This document shows, one piece after another, positions 27,657 through 41,199 of a stretch of DNA of 64,000 bases. The position numbers and the translations under genes were made by a program. The stretch spans positions 4,154,001 through 4,218,000 of the forward strand of contig NC_042997.1 of the NCBI RefSeq assembly GCF_006345805.1, written 5' to 3'. The stretch is from Octopus sinensis (lineage: Eukaryota). Within the stretch, counting starts at the first letter, position 1; every line of letters starts with the position of its first letter. Below the pieces are notes generated by a model. It had not been told where the DNA came from. It saw only the letters and a list, made by a program, of their open reading frames with translations, and ran no database searches.

Positions 27657-28754
27657 ACAACTTATAAACAAGGGCCAAAGAAAAAAAAATGATAATGCCA
27701 AATATGACGAAAATTGACAAATCGTCAACAACCATATAACTTATTACTATATGCACGCGTCTCAAAGTAAGCCGACAGAAAATTCTTTAAAAATTCCGTT
27801 ATTATCGGTCCCAATTTGAGAGTTAATTCATAAGAATTTTCTCCCGGTCAGCGATAAATACGGTAAGAAATAAATGAAATACTTACATATACCCATGGAA
27901 GAAGCAGACACTAAGGCATTAGCACACTTAAGTACCCCAAATATATTCAAAATAGAAATTCTCTAGCACACCCCGAGACACGTGCGATCGGACTGAAAAC
28001 TCTCACTATTAAATTTACATCTAGTATAGGATGAAAAATTTTCTATCGAAAAAAATTCTATCAGTTTTTTATAAATTTCTGCCGGCTTATTTAGAGACAC
28101 GTGCTTATAGTTATAAATTATATAGTTATTGACGATTTGTTATTTTCAGCATATTTGGCCTTAGATTTTTTTTCTTTTGCCCTTGTTTAGAAGTTGTTTA
28201 TAAATTTTACCTTTAAATGTATTTTTTTATACGCTGGCCATTGATAGAATTTTTTTCGAAAAGTGTTGTCCTATATTAGATGTGAATTTAATAGTGTTCA
28301 CTTCCGAACTCTCTCACTCTATGATAATTTTCAGTCCGATCGCACGCGTCTCGGTATGTGCTGGAGAATTTCTATTTTGGATATATTTGGGGTATTTATG
28401 AGTGCACATGCCTTAGTATTTGGTTCTTCCTTTGGTATAAGTTAGTATTTCCTTTATTTCTTGCGGTATTTATCGTTGACAAGGAGAACATTCTTATGAA
28501 TTAACTCTGAAATTGGGACCGATACGATAATAACGGAATTTTTTAGAATTTTCCGTCGGCTTATTTCGAGACGCGTACTTATAGTGATAAATTATATGGT
28601 TATTTACGATTTGTCTATTTTCGGCATATTTGGCATTAGAATTTTACTTCTTCGGCCCTTGTTTATAAGTTGTTTATAAATTTAACCTTTAAAGGTATTT
28701 TTTAATATGCTGGCCACTCTTAGATTTTTTTTAGAAAGATGTTATCCTATATCA
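27657..28754. repeat. Foldback element, copy B (reverse module + partial forward + full forward + partial)
   Basis: 27657-28063 reverse, 28064-28218 partial forward, 28219-28694 full forward module (period 476), then partial to 28754. (TA)n on both sides. Confidence 0.85.
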
Positions 28755-28774
28755 TATATATATATATGTATATG

Positions 28775-28948
<174 letters not shown>

Positions 28949-28959
28949 TTGGAGTTGTA

Positions 28960-30830
28960 CCCGTTGGATCTTTCTTTAAAAATTACTCCTATCCCGAATG
29001 TAGAGGAAATAAAATCTATAACGAATTAAGAAAAACAGAAAATCTTCTCAAAAAAAATAAGATGGCGAACTTCTTTGAAATTGAACAACAGAATAACGGA
29101 AACAAGTATCGCCTTAAATCTTCTAAAGACCAACTACCAATTTTGGAATTAGAAACTTTGGAAAAAGACCATTTCGGTCTTATTAGAAAAATAAAATTCT
29201 GTAAATTCAGAAATTCGCTCCAGCGAGATATGAAAGAAAATATTACAGATATAAAGAACTCGGATAAGATTTTCGTAAACTCCGATAAAACAAGAGACTT
29301 TTACTCGGTTGAAACAGATTTTTACAAACGCCATCTTTCGAATTGCATTACTGACATCTACAAAAAAGATAAAACAAAATTATATAAAGTGGTGAATATC
29401 GAAGCACGACGAACCGCTGACCACATTAAAGTTATTGATTGGAGAGGATACCATTCCCCACGCCAAGGCTTTATTACCCTTAAATAACATTATAATTTCA
29501 GTAGAAACCTTGAATGTAGGCTAATCAACCCAGCTAAAACAAAAACGGTCATTATTAGCAAAAACATTATAGATTCTGTTTTAAACAAGTTAAACAAAGA
29601 AGTAAATGTACGGATTTGGGAAATAGTATGTCAAATATAGATCATTTCAAAGGAATTAGTTATAAATCTAACTACAAATTTACGCAGATCTATGTTATTC
29701 ATTTTTACCTGTCAATACCCAGGGCTTTGCTTCTTAAAATATTACAATTCGCCAAGCAATACGCTACCGTCGAGAGTTTGGATATAGATATTATCCTGCA
29801 TGCAAGGAAATCACTCCTTTTATACGATGATTTCACCCAGGTCAAAAACAGCTAGGATTAGTTATTCATTGTGTCGAGTTAAGGGGCGGAATTATGTATG
29901 CTTCTAGGAGTTACTTTTTCACACAATCAGCATCTGGAAGTCTTTGTTATGGATACAGGATTATGCAGGGATGACTGTTTTATAGTCACCTGTAATATGA
30001 ACTGCCGTGAGTTAGATAAACTTAGGAAGAATCATATTGTTTCTTCCATAGAATAGGTTTACGGATAAAGATAGATACAAAACTTAACAATGTAAATTTT
30101 GGAGATATTAACTTTGAAATTAGATAAATTTAAACTCTACTGAAAGCCTGATGAAAAACTATATTATATTAACAAAGAGTCAAATCCTCCACCCGTAATA
30201 CTTAAGAATTTAGTGAATAATATAGGGAAATTGTATGGGTCAATCCGACATTTAACACTGCAGCAAAAACTAATATACGTAGAGAATTCTTGACATCATG
30301 AGTTCTATAGAATTATGAATAGAAGAACGCTAAAGATTCACCATTCTTGTTGTTAGAGACTCGCATCTTCAAGTAACCAGCACAATAAGAAAACTATTAG
30401 AAGCAGCCACATTGCCGGAAATAACTAGAAGGACTGCATTTGTAAAGGCCAAAGTTACTGTCCGTTATGAAGAAATTGCCTAGAGAAAGGAATAATTTAT
30501 AGAGCTAAGGAGTAAATCGATGGCTCACAAGAATACAAATCATATACAAGAGCTTCGAATAATTCCTTTAAAATTGGATTATATTCCCACGGAAATTCAT
30601 TTTGACACACAGAAAATAAAACGGCAACGTGTCTTGAAAAACATGTCAAGAAACCAAAAGAAAATTATACTTGTCCTCTCAATATTAGCTGGATGATCTT
30701 GGAGGATGCTGCACCATATCAGCATGTAGCATACAATTTTAAATACCGTTCGGATAATATTTGACTTCCGCATTGGAATTTGAATTTTCCACCTAAAATC
30801 AGTCATTAGCTTGTATAATATTCATTGTAC
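28960..30830 (+). mobile_element. Penelope-like element relic (RT plus GIY-YIG)
   Basis: GFITLK...CRLINPAKT, FYLSI...IILHARKSLL, GLCRDD (RT active-site region), CPL...CLEKGIIYRA (GIY-YIG). Interrupted by stops. Confidence 0.85.
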
Positions 30831-31222
30831 ATTTATCACTTTTACATTTTGCATTGTACATTTTTCGAGTTCCAAGAAAACATTCGACTGCTTACAGAAT
30901 TAAATTTAAATTTGGCCGAGGTCAAATTGTTACTCATTTTCAGAATTACATTTAAAATTTAAATTTACATTTTAAAAAGTATGTATTTTCCTATTTATAT
31001 TGCAATTAATTATATTACATTGATTTTTTGCGCCATTTTCATAATTAAATATTCAATACACTAGACAGTTTTTAATTTATGCGAATGCGTATATAAGTTA
31101 TGGTGTATGTATGTATGATTGTATGCATGTATCTATTTATCTATCTAACTATCCCTCTATCTATCCGTTTATCTATCTATCTTTATCTCTCTCTCTCTCT
31201 CTGTATATATATATATATACAC

Positions 31223-31263
31223 ACTAGCATTATAACCCGTCGTTGCCGGGTCATAGTCCTAGT
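31223..31263. mobile_element. Helitron-like 3' terminus (hairpin with CTAG-T on both strands)
   Basis: ACTAG-cattata-ACCCGTCGTTGCCGGGT-catagtc-CTAGT. Confidence 0.35.
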
Positions 31264-31381
31264 GCATGTATGTATGTGTATATATACAAATGCATATCTG
31301 TCAATGTAAAATGTATAGTTGTATATATAAACTTAAGTTTTTGTTCTATTTGTGATGATTTAGCAGCTTTGATAACAAAGA

Positions 31382-31443
<62 letters not shown>

Positions 31444-31448
31444 ATACA

Positions 31449-31531
<83 letters not shown>

Positions 31532-31532
31532 T

Positions 31533-31565
<33 letters not shown>

Positions 31566-31599
31566 TTGAAAAAACAAGTCAAAAATAGAAAATGCTAAA

Positions 31600-31996
31600 A
31601 TAATTTTATAGTGAACATTTCAGTACCGGTTTCGGTCATTTTGAGACCTTTTCAACTGTAACGATTAAATAATTAAATTTAGAAAAATTTCTATAGTAGT
31701 GTTCAGATTTAAGTGGCATTCTGCCTTTCTCTGACTCCCTTGTTTGCACTTGTGTGTTGGAGGTCGTTGTGAGTTATTGGTAGGGTAGTAGAGGAAGAAG
31801 GCTGGTGAGGAAAGGGGTGGGATAATCTGGGAGTGCCCTGATGGTCGTATTTTGAATGGTCAGTGGCGGCTGACAGTCGCAGTTCAATTCAGGAGAATAT
31901 TTATATTGACAGGCTTGTTTATAGAATTTGCGTAGGTGTTATACTAAAAAACATTAGTGACAAAGTTAAGGGGTAGGAGGTGGAGAAGTAGAAGAA

Positions 31997-32031
<35 letters not shown>

Positions 32032-32410
32032 AGAAGATGACGATGGTGATGAGGATGATGATGAAGAAGAAGAAGAAGAAGAAGGAGAAGGAGAAGATGA
32101 CGATGATGGTGATGGTGGTGATGATTATGACGACGATGATGATGATAATGATGATGATGAAGAAGAGGAAGAAGAAGAAGAAAAAACAGAAAAGGGAGAA
32201 TATGAATGGGTTAAAGTAGTGAGGTGTTGTATGACTTGAAGTTGGTATGTTATGGATTATAGCTGTGATTTTAGCTGTGATTAGTAATGGATTCTTTGGA
32301 ATGTAATATTTGTGTGTGAATATTTATTTTATTCTAAAGTTGAGGTATATTAATTGTTTGTCGTAGACCCGTTAAGAAGTGGCCTGTATTTTGCAATAAA
32401 GAGAGTTTTT
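31600..32410 (-). mobile_element. PLE-like 3' end relic(s) interrupted by a (GAA/GAT)n low-complexity tract
   Basis: Near 32400 the minus strand reads TLFIAKYRPLLN, the PLE ORF terminal motif. The HHR lies at the distal end. Low-complexity tract 31980-32190. Confidence 0.45.
31621..31658 (-). ncRNA. Predicted minimal type I hammerhead ribozyme with U3-A8 core
   Basis: Minus strand: CAG UUGAAAA GGUC-ucaaaau-GACC GAAA CCGG UA CUG. 3-bp stem I, 4-bp stem II, palindromic ACCGGU stem III, GUA site. Confidence 0.65.
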
Positions 32411-33985
32411 TTACTTATTCGTTGTCTCGTTATATATATATAAACACGCACAGACACACATATGTGTGTCTATGTATGCATGCATGTATGTATGTATATA
32501 TGAATGTATGTCATTCAGATGTCAGGTCACTTTCGAAAGCTACTTGTAGCTTGTAACCCAGTACAACCTGTTGCATGGTTGGGTCGTCGGCGACTAAAGC
32601 GGCAACCCCACCAAGCTTGCTTGGTAAGGATGGTTTTATTGGACACCCGGCGAGAGGAAAAACAAAAACCGTCAAAGGGCGGAGGAACTCTTAAGAGTCA
32701 ACGGCCATCCAATAAATGTCTTAAGGATGTATCAATATTCGGACTGAATACCCGATCGCGCGGTTAAACCTCTGGGAGTGAAGGAGTCCTAGACTTTGTT
32801 ACAGCATCCTTCTAGGAGAAGGTAACTCAGGTAACTGGGATAACTCCGACATAAACCTGCGGCTCAGTGGTTCACAATGATGTTGACTTATTCTTCTTTT
32901 CGCATTATGGCTGCTGTTGCTTAGTGAGTGGGATTGACTTAGTGCACAGCCTTTCCTCATATTAAAAAGATCTTTTTGCACAGGCATTGCACGACAACAA
33001 CATTGACTAAGCTTCGTGCAATGGCCATATTCAATAACGAGGGGGCAACCACCATGCCATACTGATATATGGCAGTACCTTTCAGATACTTATTGAAATG
33101 TTAGAGTTATCTCGAGGATTCTAGTATTGAAATCGTTCATATATTTCAAAGTATTGCCTAGAAAGATACGGAGATGCAATTATAGAAACAGAAGTTGTTT
33201 TATAAGTAAAAATTTATTAATATTTCAGTATTATTTCCTGTATTTAGATTTCCTTACATCACAACTCGTTACCACCATTTTGAACAACAAATATTATAGC
33301 TTCAATTCATCACAGTTTCTTCGTAATTCTCCTAATGTTTACATTACTGTACTTGTGATTTGGTTATTCTATTATCTGAGATTAGGTTTCAGTAGTTTTC
33401 TTTCTTTGTTAATATTTATTTTGTTTACGCTGGTCTTAGTTCATGATTAATCTTCTCACAATTTATGGCTTCGCTGTTTGCATTCTTTCGTTTTGGGGGT
33501 TCTTTATTATGTTTTATTGCTTTAAGTGCTCTAATTAATACTTGTTTGCTTTTAATTATGCATTCTAAATGACAAAGTCTTTGGGGATACCACATGATAT
33601 TTACGTAGAGTTAATTTAGCTCCACACATTTTGCGTTATTATATACATTATATTTATAGTTGAGACGTCAAGGGACTATTATATTTATGCTTTTTCAGGG
33701 AAAATGAACTTTAGTAATGGTAGTACCGTTTAGGTATAGGGTATAAGAAAATTCTTTAGTTGGGATCATATTACAAGGGCCGACATACTAAAAAGTCTTG
33801 GGCGATATCATTACTGGAGAAATCTAGAGTAAGAAAGAATCTGGTAAAACAGCAGTTCCTTCAACTCCATGGGGTGTGTATGGATGTATGTATGAAACTA
33901 CATATAACTGTAGCAGGGGAATCATTTCATTAATATTTTAATGCATACAAAGACATACGTGGGTGCATGTGGGTACGAGTGTGTG

Positions 33986-34016
<31 letters not shown>

Positions 34017-34025
34017 ATATTATAT

Positions 34026-34080
<55 letters not shown>

Positions 34081-34129
34081 ATATAATATTTTTTTGCGCG
34101 ATGAGATAAAAAAACCAAGGCTTCATAGA

Positions 34130-35060
34130 TATTAGAGCATTTATAGATAGAAGGTCTGGCCGCTGTTTCTAGGATATTAATTAATAATATCCCTTCATCG
34201 GAGACGGTGTTAAAGGAAAAATATGTATATATATATTCATATCTGTTCATTAAGAATGAAATGGCAATTTTGAACTGAAAACCTATTTTAAGTTATCTAA
34301 AAAAAGCAATGCAGTTAATCAAAGTGTGCACCTAAATTATCTACACGATTCTGCCATTTTATCAGTAGCTTATTTATGCCGGCAGCGACGAATTCTTGAG
34401 AGCAATTGTTGCCTCTTCTTTAGATTTGAATGTTGTTCTTTGCAAAGAGTTATCAACCACTTTTTGTTGAATATCCCTTTTTTGGGATTGTGTTTTGACA
34501 CTTCGTCTCTCTCCAACCATCGTGCGGAACGCTTGGTATTATTGATAGTAATCCACTTTTCCCCACACGTAAGAATACGATGCAAAAATAGTTCGTTCTT
34601 CTTTATGTCCTGACACCAAAGAACAGAATGTTTCAAAACGACGTGGCATTTGATGCTCGTTCAGTTCGTGTGGTATCTACTTGTCCAGATTCTTTACGTT
34701 ACATATTTGCATCAGATGGTCATTTATATTTGGAATGGAAACATCAAACTTTGCTGCTAACTCAAGCGTAGTTTAGTTGTATCCACTTCCACAACAGTTT
34801 CCAGCTCGTCATTATTCACTTTGATCTCAGTTCTACCATGGGGATGATTTCAAGTGTAAAGTCACCAGAACGGAATATTGCAAACCATCGACGTACAGTG
34901 GGTTCATTCATTCTCCACACCTTCACCAAACACCCTGCTGATGTTTCGAGCTCTCTACGATGCATTGATTCCACAACGCATCTCATATTTAAAAACAACA
35001 TGAACTTTTGATCTGTCAATGGGTTCAAAAAGCTGATTTACAAGAGAATACTTACAATAT
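34130..35060 (-). mobile_element. Decayed mariner transposase
   Basis: EPTVRRWFAIFRSGDFTLE and FLHRILTCGEKWITINNTKRSARWL in ORFs 34816-35028 and 34370-34636. Confidence 0.85.
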
Positions 35061-36537
35061 AATCAGGCACCATGAATTGCATTTTGAAAGATGATGATGC
35101 AACCCCTCAATGTTGTAAAACATTGAACTGTTGGGATAAAACATTAGAGTAACGACAGACAAACTCTGTGTGTAAGAAAGTCGGACATTTCAAGAAGACC
35201 CAAATTGCAGGTAAGGCAATGTAAGTGCTACGGAAGGACCGCTATTAGACATTCAGTTCGATAATACCATGAGCGAGAAGTCTAATGCGGGCAATATGTG
35301 AACGTTTATATGTTAAATAAGGTGAGACAACAAAACCAAAGCAGTGTGAAATTTCTATGACAGTTATAAATATCCTAGAAATTTCAGACAACGTTGTTCT
35401 TGTTATTGTTCCTTTGATGATTTCTGTTGCGGTTAGATCTGTCTATTAATTGGCTTAAAATGTATGACACACTAGATAATCGACTACTCTCTAATGTTTG
35501 AACGAGTATGCACTTTTTAATTTGTTGCCGACATGCAGGCAATGACACACATAGACATGAACTAGTGAACAAAAGCCTTCAGAGTATTTTTCAAACAAAG
35601 GATCTTGACAGATCAAATATTACTGTGTAAGATGTGTATCCTTCCTGTTTTTTGAGATATAAGAAGTGTAACGTCGACATTCCTTAATTTCTGATTAATT
35701 GAATTCAATAACTAAGTCATTATAATATCTTACATTTTCATCTCACTTGTGCGAAGCAATATACCTATTATATTTCTGCTTCAATTGCTTGTACAAAAAT
35801 ATAACTTTTGCAAGTTCATAAAAGTATCATTTGAAAATAGATAATTACATTTATTTACCCACACAATTATAATCGATTTTCTCCAGCTGTTGTCTCTTGT
35901 ATGGAATTTGAGACAAAGAACTTCTCATCATAGACGATCTTTGGAGTATACCTATTTACTTTTCGTTTCCTTTCAATATACATCAATAAAATACATATTA
36001 AATACAGTGTGTAACTGCAACAATTACGCTGTAAATGTATAGATTTATTACTGATTCTGTTCACCAGTGGTGTGTAACAGAATGTTATTGTATTCGCAAG
36101 AGATAAAAAAAGATAACGTAAAGATAGTGGATATCGATGTTGGTGTTCGTACTGTTGTTTACACGGATCAAACTGTTCGACGATGTAATCCCGCAAGTGA
36201 GCATTCCATCAGAAAAAAAGCATTGTCCTTTATATTTGTAGATTTTAATTGCAGGAAAGTCAACATATTACTATTACGAGAAAAAAAAGACGGATCATTT
36301 GGGTTGATGTTAATGGTAGTACAGATGGTATGAATGAATAGTGATGATGCTTACTCTATGTGTTTGTCTGTGTGCGTGTGTTTGTGTGTGTGCGTGTGTG
36401 TGTATGTTTGTGCATGTTTACTTGTGTATGACTGAATGCGATCACATGTGCGTGTATGTTGTTTCGATCTTTATCAGCACTGATGCAGGCTATAATCATA
36501 TGTATATGTATATTTATGAATACTAGAATATATATAT

Positions 36538-36586
<49 letters not shown>

Positions 36587-36635
36587 TATATATGTGTGTG
36601 TGTGTCTGTGTGTGTGTCTGTGTGTGTGTGTGTGT

Positions 36636-36834
36636 GTGACCTCGTGAGCACCGCCAGCAAGTTTTTTCTTCTGTCTTCCCTTCTCGGGATCTTTCCTTCT
36701 CCTTTGTTTCCGACGAAGAGCTCCGATCGAAACGTTAAACCCTCCTTCTTCCCTTCTTTCCTGAGCGTCCAATAATACTTTATTTGTTCCAAGTCCTCGC
36801 GTTGCTCTATTTTTTTGTGTGTTCTTGTTTGGAT

Positions 36835-36840
<6 letters not shown>
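36636..36840 (+). mobile_element. Short PLE-terminal-repeat-like element containing a minimal hammerhead-like motif (36706-36740)
   Basis: GUUU CCGACGA A GAGC-ucc-GAUC GAAA CGUU AAAC. A homologous copy at 56536-56682 lacks this segment. Confidence 0.55.
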
Positions 36841-36870
<30 letters not shown>

Positions 36871-36873
<3 letters not shown>

Positions 36874-37097
36874 CTTTATTGCCCACAAGGGTCTAACCAC
36901 AGAAAGGACAAACAAGGACAGATAAACGGATTAAGTCGATTGTTTCGACTTCAGTGCGTAACTGGTACATTATTTATCGACCCCGAAAGGATGAAAGGCA
37001 AAGTCGACCTCGGCGGAATTTGAACTCCGAACGTAATGGCAGACGAAAATACGGCTACGCATTTCGCCCGGCGTGCTAACGATTCTGCCAGCTCGCC
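36871..37097 (-). mobile_element. tRNA-derived SINE with a Nin/Deu-like core (family C)
   Basis: Head GGCGAGCTGGCAGAATCGTTAG with GAGTTCAAATTCC B-box. Core GCCTTTCATCCTTTCGGGGTCGATAAA resembles the Nin domain. Confidence 0.75.
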
Positions 37098-37221
37098 GGC
37101 AGTATATATCTATGTATATATATATATATTATATATATTATATATATATATATATATAATATATATATATTATATATATATATGTGTGTTGTGTGTGTGT
37201 GTATGCATATGTATATATATA

Positions 37222-37260
<39 letters not shown>

Positions 37261-40200
37261 CATAAATATAGATAACATATATTGATATACGTATAAATCA
37301 AAATGAAATGCATCATGGTGAGGGCTACTATCGCTCTTGTGGGCGCGTGCTTTTTCATAAGGGCTTTCTAGGAAACAAATATTGGAAGTACTGAGAACAA
37401 AATATTATTGTAAGCATCTTAGTTCTCTACGTTTACGAAGTTCGATATTTGTGATGCGAATTACTTCCCCTTATCCATTTATGTGACTCCCACTTGCAGC
37501 TGTGTTTGATATTTAATTTTTCTGAAATTTCCTTGAATATGACGATATATTTTTTGTCAGAATGGGTTTTGTGTATTTAATCAGAATTATGCCAGATTGG
37601 GCTTTGAATATACAATTACTGATACAATAAAAAAGAAACATATCAGAAAGTTAAAGACAATATCAACGCTAGAAAGATGTACAGTAAGTGAATGATAGAA
37701 ATAAAAAAATTAATGTAGAAAATAGCAATGGTAGTTTGGACTAAGTCAGTATGAACAGTATGTGTATACCTGTACCTGTGCTTGTAAGCGATTGGAGAGA
37801 CCATTTCCAATTACATAAAACAACTTTCTTAAAGTTTCCTTTAGTGAGCTGATTCTCTTCTAGTGTTCAATAGAGTCCTTAAGTCGTTTATGTTTTTCAG
37901 CACTAATGAACTTATGTAGGCACGCGGCTAAATTTAAAATGTCGAATATAAATATACCATATGGATAGAGTATATATTTTGTATTTTTGATTTTTGATTT
38001 TGATTTTGACTCTTGAGCGCTACGATGGATTTTGATTTTGATTTTGTTTTTGTTTTTGTTTTGTTTCCAAACTATGCGGATCTTAATCCGTATAGCAAAG
38101 TCTTATGTTTCTACATATATATTAGGAAAAACCTACAGACTCTGTTTTCATGTTATTGTATTGCATAGGATTACCTTGATTATTTATATTACCTTGATTA
38201 TTTATAAATGACCCAAAATAGGATGTTATATTTTATTTTATATGTCTTTCGTATATATTTTTATTAATGCACCCATTTTTTAAAAGCAATGTTTTTTAAA
38301 AAAAGCAATGTTGTCAAAATTATAATGTTTATATAAGTATGTGTATAGCAAAGCATATGTATTTGTAAGCATGCGTATCTGTGTATGTGTAAGTGAAAGC
38401 ACACATATACACGACGGTATGTATATGTATCTATTCAAACTTGTGTATGTATACTGGTCTCTATAGATGCCAATAACAGCGTTACACTGCCTGTATACAA
38501 AAATTTTTTTCTTATTTCGTTTTTTTCCCCACCCCTCCTTCGTTCCTTTTTCTCTCTCTCCCTTTCTTTCGTTCCCCCTCCTTGCCCAGTATATGAGAAT
38601 TGCTACATAGATGAATTTTAGCTTGCGTGCGAGACGGTTTGCGTGAATATATGTACACATGCTTTTATGTGTATGTTTAAATTTATATTCATACGTCTGT
38701 ATATGTATGTATGGCGCTTACGCGCATCCTTTTTTGTATGTTGATATATATATGTAGATTTTAATATAAATATGTATTGCAGTATTTATAACAGGTTTAA
38801 TTTCTATGCATTAATTTGCACTGTCTTCATTAACGTCAATGGTTTTTTCCTCGGATTTTATAATTTTTATAAGTTTTTTATATATAATTTTTATAAGTTT
38901 TTATATATATATATACATATATATTTGACCTTTTTGTTTATCGCTCGAAGATTGAACGTTTTTTTCTAAAGGGCCAATCAAACAAGTCCATTTCTTTTTA
39001 AAGGTGTAGCGTTTGTAAGAGTATAGATTGAATTGATATATCAGTTCCATTCTAGCAAAAACTGTCTGATGAACGGCAACGAGAAACTCAGAGTAACAGA
39101 TTTTGTTGAAGTTTCTGCTGCTTAAAATAAAGTATATATATATATATATGAGACGTTCTTGTCCGTTTGTTATATGTTAGGACAAGAAATCATTGTAACT
39201 TATAATGTGAGGCACCAAAGTGTCAGCATTTTTTAAATCGAATTCCACAAATATAAGACTTTTAAAACCTCTAGTAAGAAAACAAATGTATCTGTAAAGC
39301 AATAAGTCATGACATTACGAAATCCACCAAGATTTACAGTTTATGGTTCTAAGTCCAGTAAGGATCTTATAATTTCTAAAATTATACCTAAGGCTTTTTA
39401 CAACGATTACAGGACGCGCGGAATACACGGCATTGAAACAGTATTATACGAGGACTTTTATTATAGCCACAAGGCTTCTTTCCCTAACTCCCAACCTACG
39501 CTTTCTCCACTCTCCCTTTCTTTCTCGCTATGTCTGCGTATGTCCAAACATTGTAACAAAAGCGAGTGAACATGAACACATAGGCATACGAATATATGTG
39601 TGTTTGTGTGTCTGACAGTCTGTGTGTATGTGTACGCACGTGTGTTAGTGTGTGAGAAAAAAGTATAGCATATACGCGAATCATTGATAAATAAAACAAC
39701 GTTTATAGCTCTTTGAGAGGGAAACATTCTAAAGATGAGATAAATAGCTACGTGTGTTTGTGTGTATGCATATATGTGTGTGTATGTGTGAACGTGTGTG
39801 TGTGTGCTTGTGTGTTTGATTTTTCATACCTGTATGTGTGAATCACTTTGAAGTACATGATCATGGGTGCTACTATTGGATTTTTGGTCACGTTCTTTTG
39901 TGATTGGGCAGTGTGAGAAAGAACAGATATGACAAATATGTTTTTAAAATATTTTTCCCAGCTTCTTCTTTCGCTACATTTAATAATTTAATAATTTTGC
40001 TCTAGGTGCTCTGAATTATTTCCGCTTCTCCGCTCATAATGACGCTGGTAATATACTGAGTGAGTCTCAAACTTCATGTTTTGATAGATATTTCATTTTC
40101 CTGAAATTTTCTTAAGTATATCATTGTAATTATGTGTGATTAAGATATGGACATTCCATTATTGGGGGAAAAACAATATTATGAGAGAAGAGTAATATAT

Positions 40201-40439
40201 TTGAAGGTGAGACAATGTAAAATATGTTAACGTTTGAAAGTAAGTTAATAAATGAAATACTAATTCTAATCTGGGCTACAACAATATCAAAGTATTGTGT
40301 ATACTTGTGTTTATATTGGGATGATGTGGATGTGTCAAGCTGCAGTTGACGAATTCGTTGAAGAATCCGTATTTTCTGAGCTGATTTTCATCAGTTGTTT
40401 AAGCAGATGATTTAGAACACAGGTTCAACAGATATAAGC

Positions 40440-40810
40440 TGTACACTTTGGACAAAAAGCTCAGCAGCATTCGTTCTCGCTCCTTATGTTTTAAATGCAA
40501 GGCCCTGTGAAGTCCACTTACTTTTCATCCACTTAAAAATCAAATTAAAGGACGAATTTTATAATAACATCGATGTAATCCACTGGGCTCGACAAAATTT
40601 GGAACTATCATTAATAGTATTAGGCTTTATCTATGCTTTAATTTAAAGAAACTGCATTCAGTTCTCAACCACAAACTTGAGAGTATTCTGCACAATGAAC
40701 GTGGAAGTTTCTGATCGGTGGGTGCCACAACTTCTGACACCTGTTTAAAAGTGCAACATGCTGATCACATCGCGCGAAAATCTGACAGTGTTTCAGGTAG
40801 ATCTATTTGG
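40440..40810 (+). mobile_element. Two mariner transposase fragments
   Basis: LAPYVLNARPCEVHLLFIHLKNQIKGR (degenerate PYSPDLAPCDF) at ~40470-40560, and VSDRWVPQLLT at ~40705-40740. Confidence 0.55.
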
Positions 40811-41199
40811 TTTCTTTGGTGTCTTAACTCTGAGATAGAGACAAGGTGACAAAAAGAAAATCAATCCTACGAAAACACCTCTCCTTACCTACTCCAAAGT
40901 AGGCCAAATTCGTTTCATTTGCATCTAAATATGCTAAGAGATAGCTGATGTGTTATACGCCTGACAAAACTGATAATATTTATAAAAATATATATAAGCT
41001 TTATGATAAGAGAATGAATTTGCTTGCATTTATATGGAGAGGAATTTGAGTTAGATGTGTGTGGTAACGACAAGTAATATTAGGCAAGGATATTAACAAG
41101 CAATTTTTCTTGTGTTTGAAAGTTGTCAGGAAATTGGACACATTCGTCTTTTGTGATTGACTCTTCTTTTGTTTCTTTGTCTCTTCTAACCCCTGGAAT

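Noticed and set aside
32520-32880. Hairpin-rich GC segment, possibly a LINE 5' UTR with an HDV-like ribozyme
   Set aside because: A consistent P1-P2-P3 nested pseudoknot could not be built by eye; it needs a descriptor search.
35867-36333. Overlapping 109-aa and 88-aa ORFs, with an EGF-like Cys pattern in a third frame
   Set aside because: No coherent domain; the Cys pattern is bounded by stops.
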